From: Nocardioides sp.
GTDB taxonomy: Bacteria > Actinomycetota > Actinomycetes > Propionibacteriales > Nocardioidaceae
Length of the DNA stretch: 64,000 nucleotides
Reading direction: 5' to 3'
Assembly (NCBI GenBank): GCA_044464665.1
Contig: JBIQLB010000020.1
Coordinates: 3,104-67,103, forward strand
Made by a program: the position numbers and the translations under genes. Numbering within the stretch: position 1 is the first letter of the stretch; each line of letters begins with the position of its first letter. Shown one piece after another: positions 27,316 to 38,245 of the stretch. The notes under the pieces were generated by a model, which did not search any database, was not told the DNA's origin, and was given only the letters and a program-made list of their open reading frames with translations.

Positions 27316-29075
27316 CAGGGCGTGCCGATCCCGGCGAGGGCGGAGGTGGCGCCGCGGGTCGGCGCGCCGCGGAAGAGCAGCAGTGCGAGGACCCCGGCGA
27401 CGACGGCGCAGGCCGATGCGCCCAGGAAGATCGCGTGCAGCTGCTCGACGCCGGCGCCCTGCAGCAGGTCGGAGTACGCCGCGCAGCGGGTCCGGCCGTC
27501 GCAGACCTCGCGCGGGCTCGGGAAGTCGGCCGACACGGCGTAGTAGCGGCGCAGCCCGATCGTGGTCAGCGCCGAGATGCCCACGAGCATGCCGACCATC
27601 CGGCCGACCACCAGCAGGGCGCTGGCGACGCCGTGGACGCTGGGTCCCGTCGTCGCCAGGAGAGCGGCGTTGACCGGCGCCAGGGCGAGGCCGAAGCCGA
27701 GTCCGGTCATCGCGAGGACGGCGCTGGAGGACAGGTGGCGCAGCGCGTCGACGTCCCAGCCGCTCATCGCCGCGAACCCGAGCGCGGCGAGCAGCATCCC
27801 GGCGGCGGTCACCGGGCCGGTCGCCAGCGTCCGGGTCAGGTAGCCGCCGACGAGAGCGCCGATGGGCAGGGCGACGAGGAACTCGACCAGCACCAGGGCG
27901 GCCTTGAGCTGCGAGTCGCCGTACACGCTCACCCGGGCGAAGACGGGGATATCGACCAGGGCGGCGATCAGCGCCGAGCCGACGAAGAAGCTGACCGCCA
28001 GCGAGCCCCAGGCCGGCCGCGCGCGCAGGGCGCCGTGGGGGATGAGCGGATCGGACGCGCGGCGCTGGTGCAACATGTTGAGCACGGTGGCGATGCCGGC
28101 CACGGCGAGGTACCAAGGTCCGGCCTCGGAGAAGACGTGCACCTCGGGGTCGGCGGTGGCGAAGGCCAGCACGACCCCGCCGAGCGCCACCGAGAGCAGC
28201 AGCGCGCCGGTCAGGTCGGCCTGCCGGACGGTGGCCCACCATGAGCGCAGGTCGGTGAAGCGGCCCGGGCCCCACCACAGCCACGCGACCAGCGCGAGGC
28301 CCAGGCCGATCGCGACCAGGCCCAGCGGCGACCACCACACCGACGCGCCCCGGCTGAACGGCACGAACGGTCCTCCCCAGGAGACCGAAGTGACCAGGGA
28401 GGATGGCTGGCGCATGACCAGCAGCAGGGCCGCCAGCCAGCAGGCGAGCAGCGCCCAGCCGACGAGGTCGGGCCGGCTCCGGGCCCGGGCCGGCCGGGAG
28501 CCGGCCGCGCGGGTGACCGCCGCGGCGAGCACGAGAGCGACGGCGAGGTTGATCCAGAAGATGTCCCGCCAGTCGCCGAAGACCAGCACCACGGCGCCGT
28601 ACAGCGGGCCGAGGACGCTGCCCAGCTCCTGGACCGCGCCGACGACCCCGAGCGGCACGCCGCGCCGCTCGGCGGGGTAGATGTCGGCGACGAGCGCGAG
28701 TGTGACCGGCACCAGTCCGCCACCGCCCACGCCCTGGAGGAAGCGGCCGGCGACCAGGCTCGGCAGGTCGTACGCTGCCGCGGTGACCAGCGAGCCGAAG
28801 CCGAAGACCACCAGCGAGGCGACCAGCACCGGGAGCCTCCCGTGCAGGTCGGCGATCCGGCCGATCAGCGGCAGCATCGCCACGTAGCCGAGCAGGAAGC
28901 CGCTGACGATCGGCGCCGCGCGCTGCAGCTCCTCGACGCTGAGGCCGACCGACCCCATCATGTCCGGCAGCGCGAGCACCACGACATAGGTGTCCGCCGC
29001 CGCGAAGGCGACGGCCACCGCCGCGAGCGCCAGCAGGACGCGCGCGCCGCGCTCGCCCACCACCGCGGTGGTCAC
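27315..29075 (-). CDS. MFS transporter, 14-TMS drug:H+ antiporter type (P55-like)
   Basis: GRIADLHGR motif A-like loop and about 14 hydrophobic segments. Located immediately downstream of an LprG-like lipoprotein, as in the M. tuberculosis lprG-p55 pair. Confidence 0.85.
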   Translation of the reverse strand: MTTAVVGERGARVLLALAAVAVAFAAADTYVVVLALPDMMGSVGLSVEELQRAAPIVSGFLLGYVAMLPLIGRIADLHGRLPVLVASLVVFGFGSLVTAAAYDLPSLVAGRFLQGVGGGGLVPVTLALVADIYPAERRGVPLGVVGAVQELGSVLGPLYGAVVLVFGDWRDIFWINLAVALVLAAAVTRAAGSRPARARSRPDLVGWALLACWLAALLLVMRQPSSLVTSVSWGGPFVPFSRGASVWWSPLGLVAIGLGLALVAWLWWGPGRFTDLRSWWATVRQADLTGALLLSVALGGVVLAFATADPEVHVFSEAGPWYLAVAGIATVLNMLHQRRASDPLIPHGALRARPAWGSLAVSFFVGSALIAALVDIPVFARVSVYGDSQLKAALVLVEFLVALPIGALVGGYLTRTLATGPVTAAGMLLAALGFAAMSGWDVDALRHLSSSAVLAMTGLGFGLALAPVNAALLATTGPSVHGVASALLVVGRMVGMLVGISALTTIGLRRYYAVSADFPSPREVCDGRTRCAAYSDLLQGAGVEQLHAIFLGASACAVVAGVLALLLFRGAPTRGATSALAGIGTP

Positions 29076-29094
29076 CGGATCCTCGGGTGCCCGC

Positions 29095-29793
29095 TCAGGG
29101 CGCCGTGATGGTCACGGCGTCGTCGTCGTAGTCGAAGGAGATGTCGTAGGTCACCGGCCCGTCGTGGGCGAAGAAGTCGCCGGTGACCGAGAGCGTCGCC
29201 ATCTCGCCGTCCTCGTCGATGCCGACCTTGGCGGTGTAGCTGCCGCTCGCGTCGGCGCTCGGGATGATCGGCTTGACCAGGGAGCCGTCGAGAGTGCCGG
29301 TGTAGGTGGTCAGCACGTCGTCGCCGTCGCGCACCTTGTCACCGCGCTCGACGTCGTCCATCTGCAGCAGCAGCCCGGAGATGCCCTTGGCGGGGTCGGC
29401 GAAGTCGGCGGGGTTCGGCGCGCCGTACTCGGCCGGGTCGATCTCGGCGTAGACCGGCGTGAGCGGCAGCTTGGCGTGCACCGTGCCGTCGGCGGAGACC
29501 ACCGGGATGTCGGCGGTGAGGCCGGAGAAGACGACCTTGACCGAGCCCTTGAACGCGGGCTGGTGGGTCAGCGTCCCGGTGGCGCCCAGGACGGCGTCGC
29601 CCGAGGTCGGCTTGGCGCCGGTCGACAGGTCGAGCTCGATCGCCGCGGCCTCGTCGAAGTGCCTCTTGGCGGTCTCGAGCACCTGGGTCGGGCTGTCGGC
29701 CTTCGTGTCGTCCGAGCCACCGCAGGCGGTGAGCGTCAGCGGGACGGCGAGGGCGAGGAGGGCGGCGACCAGGCGGGGACGGTACGTCGTCAT
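29095..29793 (-). CDS. lprG: LppX/LprAFG-family lipoprotein (LprG-like)
   Basis: Lipobox LTLTAC-GGS. 232 aa with a beta-rich lipid-binding-type sequence. Its ATG overlaps the parC stop (ATGA, 29790-29793). Confidence 0.75.
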   Translation of the reverse strand: MTTYRPRLVAALLALAVPLTLTACGGSDDTKADSPTQVLETAKRHFDEAAAIELDLSTGAKPTSGDAVLGATGTLTHQPAFKGSVKVVFSGLTADIPVVSADGTVHAKLPLTPVYAEIDPAEYGAPNPADFADPAKGISGLLLQMDDVERGDKVRDGDDVLTTYTGTLDGSLVKPIIPSADASGSYTAKVGIDEDGEMATLSVTGDFFAHDGPVTYDISFDYDDDAVTITAP

Positions 29794-32261
29794 GGCGCAA
29801 GCCTGCCAGAGGACGCCGACACCTCGACCGGCGAGCCGACCGCGGCGATGGGCTGGCTGGCCGGGACACCGGAGCCGTCCCGGCGGCCGTCGGCCTCGGG
29901 CAGGTCGACCGGCGCCCCGCTGGAGGCGGCCGCGCGGGCGGGGCCCGGCCCGGCCCAGGCCAGGGTGAGCGTGTCCTCGCCCTTGAGGAAGCGGTGGCAG
30001 CGCACGCCGCCCGTGGCCCGGCCCTTGCCGGGGTACTCCGCGAACGGCGTCACCTTGACCGCCCCTGCCTCGGTGCCCGGCAGCGCATCGCTCGATCCCG
30101 CCACCGTCACCACCACGGCGTCGGCGGGGTCGAAGGCGCCGAACCAGCGCACCGACGCGCCCGCGGACAGCTTGATGCCGGCGATGCCGCCACCGCCACG
30201 GCCCTGCGGCCGCACCTGCCCGGCGCCGAAGTGCAGCAGCTGGGCGTCGTCGGTCACGAAGCAGAGCTCCTCCTCGCCGGTGCGGAGCTGGACGGCCCCG
30301 ACGACGCGGTCGTCGTCCTTGAGGGAGATGACCTCCCAGTCGTCGCGGTGGGAGAGGTACTCCGGGTTCACCCGCTTCACCACGCCCTGCGCCGTGCCGA
30401 GCGCGAGCCCGGGGGAGTCGGCGTCGAAGGTGGTCAGCCCGAGGACGGTCTCGCCGGCCTCCAGCGTCAGGAACTCGCCCACCGGCGCCCCGCCCTGCAG
30501 GTTGGGGTGGTTGGCGGTGTCCGGCAGGGCCGGGAGATCGAGGACTCCGAGCTTGATCACCCGGCCGGCCGAGGTGAGCACGCCCACCTCGCCGCGGGCC
30601 GTCGCGGACACCGCGGAGAGCACCACGTCGTGACGGGTGCGCGCGCCGTCGCCGCTGGGCGGCTCGGCCGAGGTGCTCCGGGCCAGCAGGCCGCTGGAGG
30701 AGAGGTAGACCCAGCACGGGTCGTCGGCGACCTCGAGCGGCGTCGCGGTCGCCGTGCTGGTCGCTCCGGACGCTTCCAGCAGCACGGTCCGTCGCGGCGT
30801 GCCGTACGTCTTGGCGACCTCGGCGAGCTCCTCGGAGACCACGGCGCGCAGCTTGCTCTCGTCGCCGAGGATCTCGTCCAGGCCGGCGATGGTCGCGACC
30901 AGCTCGTCGCGCTCCTTGTCCAGCTCGATCTTGGAGTACTTGGTCAGCCGGCGCAGCGGCATGTCGAGGATGTAGTTGGCCTGGATCTCGGTGAGGTCGA
31001 AGACGCTCATCAGCCGCTGACGCGCCTGCTCGGCGTCGTCGCTGCCGCGGATCAGCTGGATGACCTCGTCGATGTCCACGATCGCCAGCAGCAGGCCCTC
31101 GACCAGGTGCAGCCGGTCCGCGGCCTTGCCCCGGCGGTACGCCGAGCGTCGCCGCACCACGTCGTAGCGGTGGTCGAGGAAGACCTCGAGCATCTGCTTG
31201 AGGCCCATCGTGCGGGGCTGGCCGTCCACCAGAGCGACGGCGTTGATGCCGAAGGAGTCCTCCAGCGGGGTCAGCTTGTAGAGCTGCTCCAGCAGCGCCT
31301 CGGGATGGAAGCCGTTCTTGACCTCGATGACCAGGCGCAGGCCCTTCTCCCGGTCGGTGAGGTCCTTGACGTCGGAGATGCCCTGCAGCTTCTTGCTCTG
31401 CACCAGCTTCTTGATCGCCTCGATGACCCGCTCGGTGCCCACGCCGTACGGCAGCTCGGTCACCACGATGCCCTTGCGGCGCGCGGTCACCGACTCTATC
31501 CGCGCGGTGGCGCGCATCTTGAACGAGCCCTTGCCGCTCTCGTAGGCGTCGCGGATGCCGTCCAGGCCGACGATCTTGCCGCCGGTCGGCAGGTCGGGGC
31601 CGGGGATGAAGCGCATCAGGGTGTCGAGGTCCGCGCCCGGGTGCTTGACGAGGTGGCGCAGCGCCTGGACGACCTCGACCAGGTTGTGCGGGGCCAGGTT
31701 GGTCGCCATGCCGACCGCGATGCCCGCGGCGCCGTTGACCAGCAGGTGCGGGATGGCGGCGGGGAGGACCGTCGGCTCGGTCTCGCGGCCGTCGTAGTTG
31801 GGCCGGAAGTCGACGGTGTCCTCGTCGATCGTCCCGGTCATCGCCATCGCCGCCGGCGCCATCCGGCACTCGGTGTAGCGCATCGCGGCGGGCGGGTCGT
31901 CCGGCGAGCCGAAGTTGCCGTGCCCGTCCACGGTGGCGACCCGCATCGACCAGGGCTGGGCCATCCGCACCAGCGCGTCGTAGATCGCCGTGTCGCCGTG
32001 CGGGTGGAAGCGGCCCATGACCTCGCCGACCACGCGGGAGGACTTCACGTGCCCGCGGTCGGGCCGCAGGCCCATGTCGTGCATCGCGTAGAGGATGCGC
32101 CGCTGGACCGGCTTGAGCCCGTCGCGCGCGTCCGGCAGCGCCCTGGAGTAGATGACCGAGTAGGCGTACTCCAGGTAGCTGGCCCGCATCTCGTCGCCGA
32201 CGTCGATGTCGACGATGTGTTCCTCGAAGTCTTCAGCGGGCGGGGGAGTACGTCGTGCCAT
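29790..32261 (-). CDS. parC: Type IIA topoisomerase subunit A, most likely topoisomerase IV ParC
   Basis: [37 protein letters not shown]...[28 protein letters not shown] 32261 sits 9 nt after GGGGAGA (alternative ATG at 32270). Confidence 0.88.
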   Translation of the reverse strand: MARRTPPPAEDFEEHIVDIDVGDEMRASYLEYAYSVIYSRALPDARDGLKPVQRRILYAMHDMGLRPDRGHVKSSRVVGEVMGRFHPHGDTAIYDALVRMAQPWSMRVATVDGHGNFGSPDDPPAAMRYTECRMAPAAMAMTGTIDEDTVDFRPNYDGRETEPTVLPAAIPHLLVNGAAGIAVGMATNLAPHNLVEVVQALRHLVKHPGADLDTLMRFIPGPDLPTGGKIVGLDGIRDAYESGKGSFKMRATARIESVTARRKGIVVTELPYGVGTERVIEAIKKLVQSKKLQGISDVKDLTDREKGLRLVIEVKNGFHPEALLEQLYKLTPLEDSFGINAVALVDGQPRTMGLKQMLEVFLDHRYDVVRRRSAYRRGKAADRLHLVEGLLLAIVDIDEVIQLIRGSDDAEQARQRLMSVFDLTEIQANYILDMPLRRLTKYSKIELDKERDELVATIAGLDEILGDESKLRAVVSEELAEVAKTYGTPRRTVLLEASGATSTATATPLEVADDPCWVYLSSSGLLARSTSAEPPSGDGARTRHDVVLSAVSATARGEVGVLTSAGRVIKLGVLDLPALPDTANHPNLQGGAPVGEFLTLEAGETVLGLTTFDADSPGLALGTAQGVVKRVNPEYLSHRDDWEVISLKDDDRVVGAVQLRTGEEELCFVTDDAQLLHFGAGQVRPQGRGGGGIAGIKLSAGASVRWFGAFDPADAVVVTVAGSSDALPGTEAGAVKVTPFAEYPGKGRATGGVRCHRFLKGEDTLTLAWAGPGPARAAASSGAPVDLPEADGRRDGSGVPASQPIAAVGSPVEVSASSGRLAP

Positions 32262-32339
32262 GGGCCGCATTCTCCCCGGCGTACCGGGGTTTCATCGCGC
32301 GGGCACGCCGCCGTCACGTCCCACTCGCGTGAGGCCCGC

Positions 32340-32345
32340 TACATT
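32340..32345 (+). promoter_or_regulatory. -10 hexamer 7 nt before the start codon (leaderless promoter candidate)
   Basis: TACATT-tcagggt-GTG(32353). Confidence 0.4.
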
Positions 32346-32352
32346 TCAGGGT

Positions 32353-35070
32353 GTGACCGCGACCCCATCGGCTGACCGCGCCGGGGCCGACCGCGACTAC
32401 CCGGCCCACTGGGAGGCCGATGTCGTGCTGCGCGACGGGCGGGTGGCGCACATCCGGCCGATCATGCCCGACGACGCGGACCGGCTGGTCGAGTTCTACG
32501 CGGAGGTCTCCGACCAGTCGAAGTACTACCGGTTCTTCGCGCCGATGCCGCGGCTCTCGGAGCGCGACCTCGAGCGGTTCACCCACGTCGACCACCACGA
32601 GCGGGTGGCCTTCGTGCTCACCGTCGCCGACCGGATCCTGGCGGTGGGGCGCTACGAGCCGGTCAAGCCGGGAGAGGCGGAGGTCGCCTTCCTGGTCCAG
32701 GACGCCCACCAGGGCCGGGGGATCGGGCAGCTGCTGCTCGAGCACCTCGCGCAGGCGGCCCGCGAGCGCGGCGTGCACCGGTTCGTCGCGGAGGTGCTGC
32801 CGGAGAACCAGCGGATGCTGCAGGTCTTCCAGGACCAGGGCTACCAGCTCCAGCGGGGCTGGGAGGAAGGCGTCATGCACCTGGAGTTCGAGATCGACCC
32901 GACCGACACCGCGCTGGGCGTGATGGCCTCCCGCGAGCACCGCGCCGAGGCGGCCTCGATCGCGGCGTTCCTGGGCGCTCGCAGCGTCGCGGTCATCGGC
33001 GCCTCGCGGCGCTCGGACACCATCGGCGCCGTGCTCGTGCGCAACCTCGTCCTCGGCGGGTACGCCGGCCGCGTCTATGTGGTCAACCCGGCGGCGGACG
33101 CGGTGGCCGGCATGCCGGCGTACGCGAGCGTCGCCGACATCCCCGGCGAGGTCGATGTGGCGATCGTCGCGGTGCCGGCCGACAAGGTGCAGGACGTCGT
33201 GCTCGACTGCGCGGCGAAGGGCGTGCGCGGCCTGATCGTCATCTCCTCCGGCTTCGCCGAGACCGGCGAGGACGGCCGGCAGCGGCAGCGCAGGCTGGTC
33301 GGCTTCGCCCGCTCCTACGGCCTGCGGCTGATCGGCCCCAACGCGCTCGGGGTGATCAACACCGCCGGCGACGTCTCCCTCAACGCCTCGCTCTCGCCGA
33401 TCATGCCGGCGCGCGGCCGGGCGGGCTTCTTCTGCCAGTCCGGCGCCCTCGGCTCGGCGATCCTGGAGAAGGTGCAGGGCCGGGGCCTGGGCCTGTCGAC
33501 CTTCGTCTCCGCGGGCAACCGTGCCGACGTCTCCGGCAACGACCTGCTGCAGTACTGGGAGGAGGACGACTCCACCGAGGTCATCCTGCTCTACCTCGAG
33601 TCGATCGGCAATCCGCGCAAGTTCTCCCGCATCGCCCGCCGCGTCTCCCGGGCCAAGCCGATCATCGCGGTCCGGTCGGGCCGCGCCACGCAGGGTGTGC
33701 CCATGGGCCACGCGGTCCGCTCGATCCAGGCGCCGGAGGCCGCCGTCGACGCGATGTTCCGCCAGGCCGGGGTCATCCAGGTCGACACCCTCGACGAGCT
33801 CTTCGACGTCGCCCAGCTGCTGGCCCACCAGCCGCTGCCCGACGGCAACCGGGTCGCCGTCGTGGGCAACTCCGACGCGATCGGCCTGCTCGCAGCCGAC
33901 GCCGCGGTCGCCAGCGGCCTGGAGGTCACCCGGTCGGTGGCGCTCGGCGCGGACGCGACCGGCGAGGACTTCGAGGACGCCCTGGACGCGGTCATCGACG
34001 ACCCGGCCGTGGACGGCGTGGTGGCGATCTACATCCCGCCGCTGGACTCCGAGGGCGCCGACGTCGCGCACGTCCTGGCGGCGGTGGCCGAGCAGGCGGA
34101 CAAGCCGATGGTCTCCAGCTTCCTCGGCCGCGAGGGCGTCCCGGACCTCCTCCGGGTCCCTGACCTCGCCGGCAACACGGCCGGTCGCGGCTCCGTGCCG
34201 TCGTACCCCGCGGTCGAGCAGGCCGTGCGCGCGCTGGCGCGGGTGATCGAGTACGTCGCCTGGCTGGACCGCCAGGAGGGCGAGAGCGAGGAGCTCGACG
34301 GGATCGACGGCGACGCCGCGACCCGGATGATCCTGGGGATCCTGGCCGAGAGCCCCGAGGGACGCGACCTGACCTTCGCCGAGTGCGCCGCCCTGCTCGG
34401 CTGCTACGGCATCGAGCTGTGGGACCGGATCCCGGTGACCGACGCCGACCAGGCGGTGGCCGCGGCCGAGGAGCTGGGCTGGGACGTCGTCCTCAAGGTC
34501 ACCGCGGAGGCGCTGCGGCAGCGGCCGGACATGGCGCACGTGTGGCGCAACATCTCCGACGCCGAGGAGATGCGGCACGCCTTCACCCAGCTGCGGCAGA
34601 TGGCGGCCAGTCCCGAGGCGGCGGCGTTCGTGGTGCAGCGCACCGCGCCGCCCGGTGTGCCGTTGCGGCTGGAGGGCCTGGAGGACCCGCTCTTCGGTCC
34701 TACCGTCGCCTTCTCGATCTCCGGCGCGGTCACCGAGCTGGTCGGCGACAAGGCCTACCGGATCCCGCCGCTCTCCGCGCTGGACGCCGAGGAGATGGTC
34801 CGCGGCATCAAGGCGGCGCCGCTGCTCTTCGGGCATCGCGGCAGCGAGCCCGTCGACACCGCTGCCGTCGAGGAGCTGATCCGCCGCTTCGCCCAGCTCA
34901 AGAACGACCTGCAGCAGGTCTGCGCCCTCGAGCTGGACCTGGTGCACGCCACGCCCGAGGGCGTCCGGGTGCTCAGCGCGACGGCCCGGGTGGAGCCGGT
35001 CGCCGACCCGCGCTCGGACTGGTTCGTCCGCCGGCTGACCACCCCAGCGGGCGACACCCCGCCCATCTGA
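32353..35070 (+). CDS. Bifunctional GNAT acetyltransferase / NDP-forming acyl-CoA synthetase-like protein (Pat-type protein lysine acetyltransferase, GNAT domain N-terminal)
   Basis: GNAT motif QGRGIGQLLLEHL near the N-terminus, then the CoA-binding segment SVAVIGASRRSDTIG, a succinyl-CoA-ligase-like domain and an ATP-grasp domain. 905 aa. Confidence 0.85.
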   Translation: MTATPSADRAGADRDYPAHWEADVVLRDGRVAHIRPIMPDDADRLVEFYAEVSDQSKYYRFFAPMPRLSERDLERFTHVDHHERVAFVLTVADRILAVGRYEPVKPGEAEVAFLVQDAHQGRGIGQLLLEHLAQAARERGVHRFVAEVLPENQRMLQVFQDQGYQLQRGWEEGVMHLEFEIDPTDTALGVMASREHRAEAASIAAFLGARSVAVIGASRRSDTIGAVLVRNLVLGGYAGRVYVVNPAADAVAGMPAYASVADIPGEVDVAIVAVPADKVQDVVLDCAAKGVRGLIVISSGFAETGEDGRQRQRRLVGFARSYGLRLIGPNALGVINTAGDVSLNASLSPIMPARGRAGFFCQSGALGSAILEKVQGRGLGLSTFVSAGNRADVSGNDLLQYWEEDDSTEVILLYLESIGNPRKFSRIARRVSRAKPIIAVRSGRATQGVPMGHAVRSIQAPEAAVDAMFRQAGVIQVDTLDELFDVAQLLAHQPLPDGNRVAVVGNSDAIGLLAADAAVASGLEVTRSVALGADATGEDFEDALDAVIDDPAVDGVVAIYIPPLDSEGADVAHVLAAVAEQADKPMVSSFLGREGVPDLLRVPDLAGNTAGRGSVPSYPAVEQAVRALARVIEYVAWLDRQEGESEELDGIDGDAATRMILGILAESPEGRDLTFAECAALLGCYGIELWDRIPVTDADQAVAAAEELGWDVVLKVTAEALRQRPDMAHVWRNISDAEEMRHAFTQLRQMAASPEAAAFVVQRTAPPGVPLRLEGLEDPLFGPTVAFSISGAVTELVGDKAYRIPPLSALDAEEMVRGIKAAPLLFGHRGSEPVDTAAVEELIRRFAQLKNDLQQVCALELDLVHATPEGVRVLSATARVEPVADPRSDWFVRRLTTPAGDTPPI

Positions 35071-35130
35071 GGAACGCCGCACCGCAAATCCGTTTGGCGA
35101 TCGGCCGGATCGCGACAAGACTGTTGCCCT

Positions 35131-36435
35131 GTGACCCAGCCCGCCGAGACTCCTCCCGAGGGTGCCGTCGGTGAGGCGGCCCCGGAGCCGCTGCACCCGC
35201 TGGTCAAGCGCATCTTCTTCGGCTTCGCGTTCTCCGCGCTGGGCAGCGGGCTGTCGATGCCGTTCCTCTACGTCTACCTCTCCGGCGTCCGCGACCTGCC
35301 CACCACGACGGTCGGCTTCCTCTTCGCCTGGATGGGCCTGCTCGGCTTCGTGCTCTCGCCCATCGGCGGCACCCTGATCGACACCTTCGGGCCACGCCGG
35401 GTGATGCTCGGCGGGCTGGTGATGGAGGCGCTGGCGGTCGCCGCGATCGGCCAGGTGGACGACGTCGGCAGCGCCTTCGTGGTGGCCAGCTTCATGACGG
35501 CCGGGACCGTGGCGCTGTGGCCCGCCTCCACCGCGATGCTCACCCGGCTGGTGCCCGAGGAGCGACGCGAGCACGTGTACGGCGTCCAGTTCATGCTGCT
35601 CAACGCCGGGCTCGGCGTCGGCGGGGTGATCTCGGCGCTGGTCATCGACACCGACTCGGTGGCGTCGTTCCAGCGGCTCTACCTACTCGACGCCGCCTCC
35701 TACACCGTCTACATCGCGGTGCTGCTCACCATCCCCGCCGCGACCGGCCGGCTCGTCCCCAGGTCCGTCGAGCTCGCGGCCGAGGCGGGGCCGCAGCCGG
35801 GGTGGCGGGTCGTGCTCCGCGACCGCACGCTGCTGCGGATCATCGCGCTCTCGATCCTGGCGATCACCTTCGGCTACGCGCAGTTCGAGGCCGGCTTCGC
35901 GGCGTACGCCGTGGACGTGGCGGAGATCGAGCCGCGCCTGCTGGGGCTCGCCTACGCCTTCAACACCGGCGCGATCGTGCTCGGCCAGCTGGTCACGCTG
36001 CGGCTGATCAAGGGCCGTCGGCGGAGCCGGCTGCTGGCCTTCTGCGCGGGCATCTGGGCGGTCTCCTGGGTGATGATCGCCTTCTCCGACGGCGCCCCGG
36101 CCTGGCTGGCCGTCGTCCTGGTCGTCGCCGGCCTGGGCGTCTTCGGGCTCGGCGAGACCATCTGGGCGCCGATCGCGCCGGCGCTGGTCAACGCGCTGGC
36201 CGTGGAGGAGATGCGCGGGCGCTACAACGCGCTGCAGGGGATGACCTGGACGGTCGCCACGATCATCGGGCCGGCCTTCGCCGGCATGATGATCGGGCAC
36301 GGCCACGCGCATCTGTGGATCAGCGTCCTGGTGGTCGGCATGGTCGTGGTCGGGGTGCTCTTCCTGCGGCTGCGGACCCACCTCACGGATGCCCAGGACG
36401 GCGTGAGTGCCGACGGGATCGGCGTGACAGACTGA
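35131..36435 (+). CDS. MFS transporter (12 TMS)
   Basis: GTG start, 12 hydrophobic segments, GGTLIDTFGPRR loop 2-3 motif. Confidence 0.8.
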   Translation: MTQPAETPPEGAVGEAAPEPLHPLVKRIFFGFAFSALGSGLSMPFLYVYLSGVRDLPTTTVGFLFAWMGLLGFVLSPIGGTLIDTFGPRRVMLGGLVMEALAVAAIGQVDDVGSAFVVASFMTAGTVALWPASTAMLTRLVPEERREHVYGVQFMLLNAGLGVGGVISALVIDTDSVASFQRLYLLDAASYTVYIAVLLTIPAATGRLVPRSVELAAEAGPQPGWRVVLRDRTLLRIIALSILAITFGYAQFEAGFAAYAVDVAEIEPRLLGLAYAFNTGAIVLGQLVTLRLIKGRRRSRLLAFCAGIWAVSWVMIAFSDGAPAWLAVVLVVAGLGVFGLGETIWAPIAPALVNALAVEEMRGRYNALQGMTWTVATIIGPAFAGMMIGHGHAHLWISVLVVGMVVVGVLFLRLRTHLTDAQDGVSADGIGVTD

Positions 36436-36440
36436 CCTCC

Positions 36441-37031
36441 GTGCATGTGACCTCTGAGGATCAGACGGCGGAGCTGAGCGCCGCGATCGAGCAGACCGGC
36501 TACTACCCGCCGGTCGTGCGCGCCGGTGTCACCACCGCGCTGGCCGGCGAGCGGGTGGTCTCCTACCTGGTGCACCACGAGCCGACCATCGACCGCGACG
36601 AGGTACGCCGGCACATCACCGTGGTCGTGCTGACGCCGACCCGGCTGCTGCTCTGCCACACCGACGAGCACGCGCCCGACGACCTGCTCCCGCAGCCCTA
36701 CACCTCCACCTCGACCGAGGCGATCGCGCTCTCCTCGGTGACCTCGGTGGTGGTCAACCGGATGGTGGCCAACCCCGAGACCGTGGTCAGCGGCGCGCCG
36801 GTGCCCTCGGAGGCGGTGCTCACCATCGGCTGGGGCGGCGTCAACCGGATCGACCTGGAGCCGGCCGGCTGCGCCGACCCCAACTGCGAGGCCGACCACG
36901 GCTACACCGGCGTGGTCTCCTCCGACGACTTCTCGCTGCGGCTCAGCTCGGCGGCCGACGGACAGGCCGCCGTGAACCGGCTGCTGGCCTTCGCCGAGAG
37001 TCTCTCGCGCGAGAGCCTGCCCTCGTCCTGA
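36441..37031 (+). CDS. DUF5998-like protein
   Basis: GTG 36441 (or GTG 36447). TSEDQTAELSAAIEQTGYYPPVVRAGV... Conserved pairing with the following alkaline-phosphatase-family gene. Confidence 0.6.
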   Translation: MHVTSEDQTAELSAAIEQTGYYPPVVRAGVTTALAGERVVSYLVHHEPTIDRDEVRRHITVVVLTPTRLLLCHTDEHAPDDLLPQPYTSTSTEAIALSSVTSVVVNRMVANPETVVSGAPVPSEAVLTIGWGGVNRIDLEPAGCADPNCEADHGYTGVVSSDDFSLRLSSAADGQAAVNRLLAFAESLSRESLPSS

Positions 37032-38146
37032 TGGACGCCGAACTCGTCGAGCCGTCGTACGGCGGGCGCAGCCTGGGCGACGTGCTGCCCGCGGTCGCGA
37101 CCGCCCTGGGCGCCGAGGTCGGCTTCCACGAGACCGAGCTGGTGCTGCCTCCCGCGCCGCGGTACGTCGTGCTGCTGGTGGACGGGCTGGGTCACGACCT
37201 GGTGGCCGCCCACGCCGAGCACGCGCCGTACCTCCACGCCCTCCTGCGCGAGCCCGGCGTGGCCGGCGTGCCCTCGACGACCGCCACGAGCCTGACCTCG
37301 CTGGGCACCGCGATGACGCCCGGCGAGCACGGCCTGGTCGGCTTCACCTCGCGCATCCCCGGCACCGACCGGCTGCTCAACGCGCTCTTCTGGGACAAGC
37401 GGGTCGACCCGCAGGAGTGGCAGCCGCACCCCACGGCGTTCGCGCGCCTGGAGGCCGCCGGGGTGAGGACGACCGTGGTCAGCAAGCGCGAGTTCGCCGA
37501 CTCCGGCCTGACCGTGGCCAGCCTCCGCGGCGCCGGCTTCGTGGGGGCCGACCGGGTCGGCGAGCGGATCGCCGCGGTGGTCGAGTCCTCCGCCGAGGAC
37601 TGCTCGCTGACCTACGCCTACGACGGCGATCTTGACTGGACGGGACACCGCTACGGCGTGGACTCTCCGCAGTGGCGGGCCCAGCTGGCCGCGATCGACG
37701 CGGCCGCCGAGCAGCTGCGCGAGGCGCTGGACCCGGCCGTGCGACTGGTTGTCGTGGCCGACCACGGGATGATCGACTCCCCGGAGGAGTCGCGGATCGA
37801 CGTGGACCTCCACCCCGAGCTGCGCGCGGGCGTGCGGCTGCTGGGCGGCGAGGCCCGCTTCCGGCAGCTCTACTGCGACGCCGGCGCGGTCGACGACGTG
37901 GCCGCGGCCTGGCGCGAGACCCTGGGCGACCGGGCACTGGTGCTCACGCGCGACGCCGCCATCGAGCGGGGCTGGTTCGGCCCGGTCGCCGCGCAGGTCC
38001 GGCCCCGGCTCGGCGACGTCGTCGTGGCCGCGCTGGGCGATCACGCGGTGATGAGCTCGCAGGACTTCGCCTACGAGACCACGCTGGTCGGCCTGCACGG
38101 CTCGCTCACCGGCGTCGAGATGCGGATCCCCATCCTGATCGCCTGA
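37031..38146 (+). CDS. Alkaline phosphatase / nucleotide pyrophosphatase family protein
   Basis: LLVDGLGHDL...PSTTATSLTSLGT...DHGM metal-ligand pattern. Its ATG overlaps the previous stop (TGATG). Confidence 0.75.
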   Translation: MDAELVEPSYGGRSLGDVLPAVATALGAEVGFHETELVLPPAPRYVVLLVDGLGHDLVAAHAEHAPYLHALLREPGVAGVPSTTATSLTSLGTAMTPGEHGLVGFTSRIPGTDRLLNALFWDKRVDPQEWQPHPTAFARLEAAGVRTTVVSKREFADSGLTVASLRGAGFVGADRVGERIAAVVESSAEDCSLTYAYDGDLDWTGHRYGVDSPQWRAQLAAIDAAAEQLREALDPAVRLVVVADHGMIDSPEESRIDVDLHPELRAGVRLLGGEARFRQLYCDAGAVDDVAAAWRETLGDRALVLTRDAAIERGWFGPVAAQVRPRLGDVVVAALGDHAVMSSQDFAYETTLVGLHGSLTGVEMRIPILIA

Positions 38147-38173
38147 CGCCTCGTAGGCCGACGGACCAAACGA

Positions 38174-38212
38174 CTCCCGGTGCGCCGGGCTCACGCTCCG
38201 ACGCACCGGGAG
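38174..38212. terminator. Hairpin between convergent genes
   Basis: CTCCCGGTGCG-(17 nt)-CGCACCGGGAG, 11-bp perfect stem. Confidence 0.5.
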
Positions 38213-38245
38213 ATTCGCCGTTGGGTCCGTGCTCCTACGAGCCGC

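Noticed and set aside
32314-35574. 1086-aa minus-strand ORF antisense to the Pat-type acetyltransferase gene
   Set aside because: Shadow ORF. It has no motifs and an extreme Arg/Gly/Asp/His composition, and the plus-strand gene has clear domain signatures.
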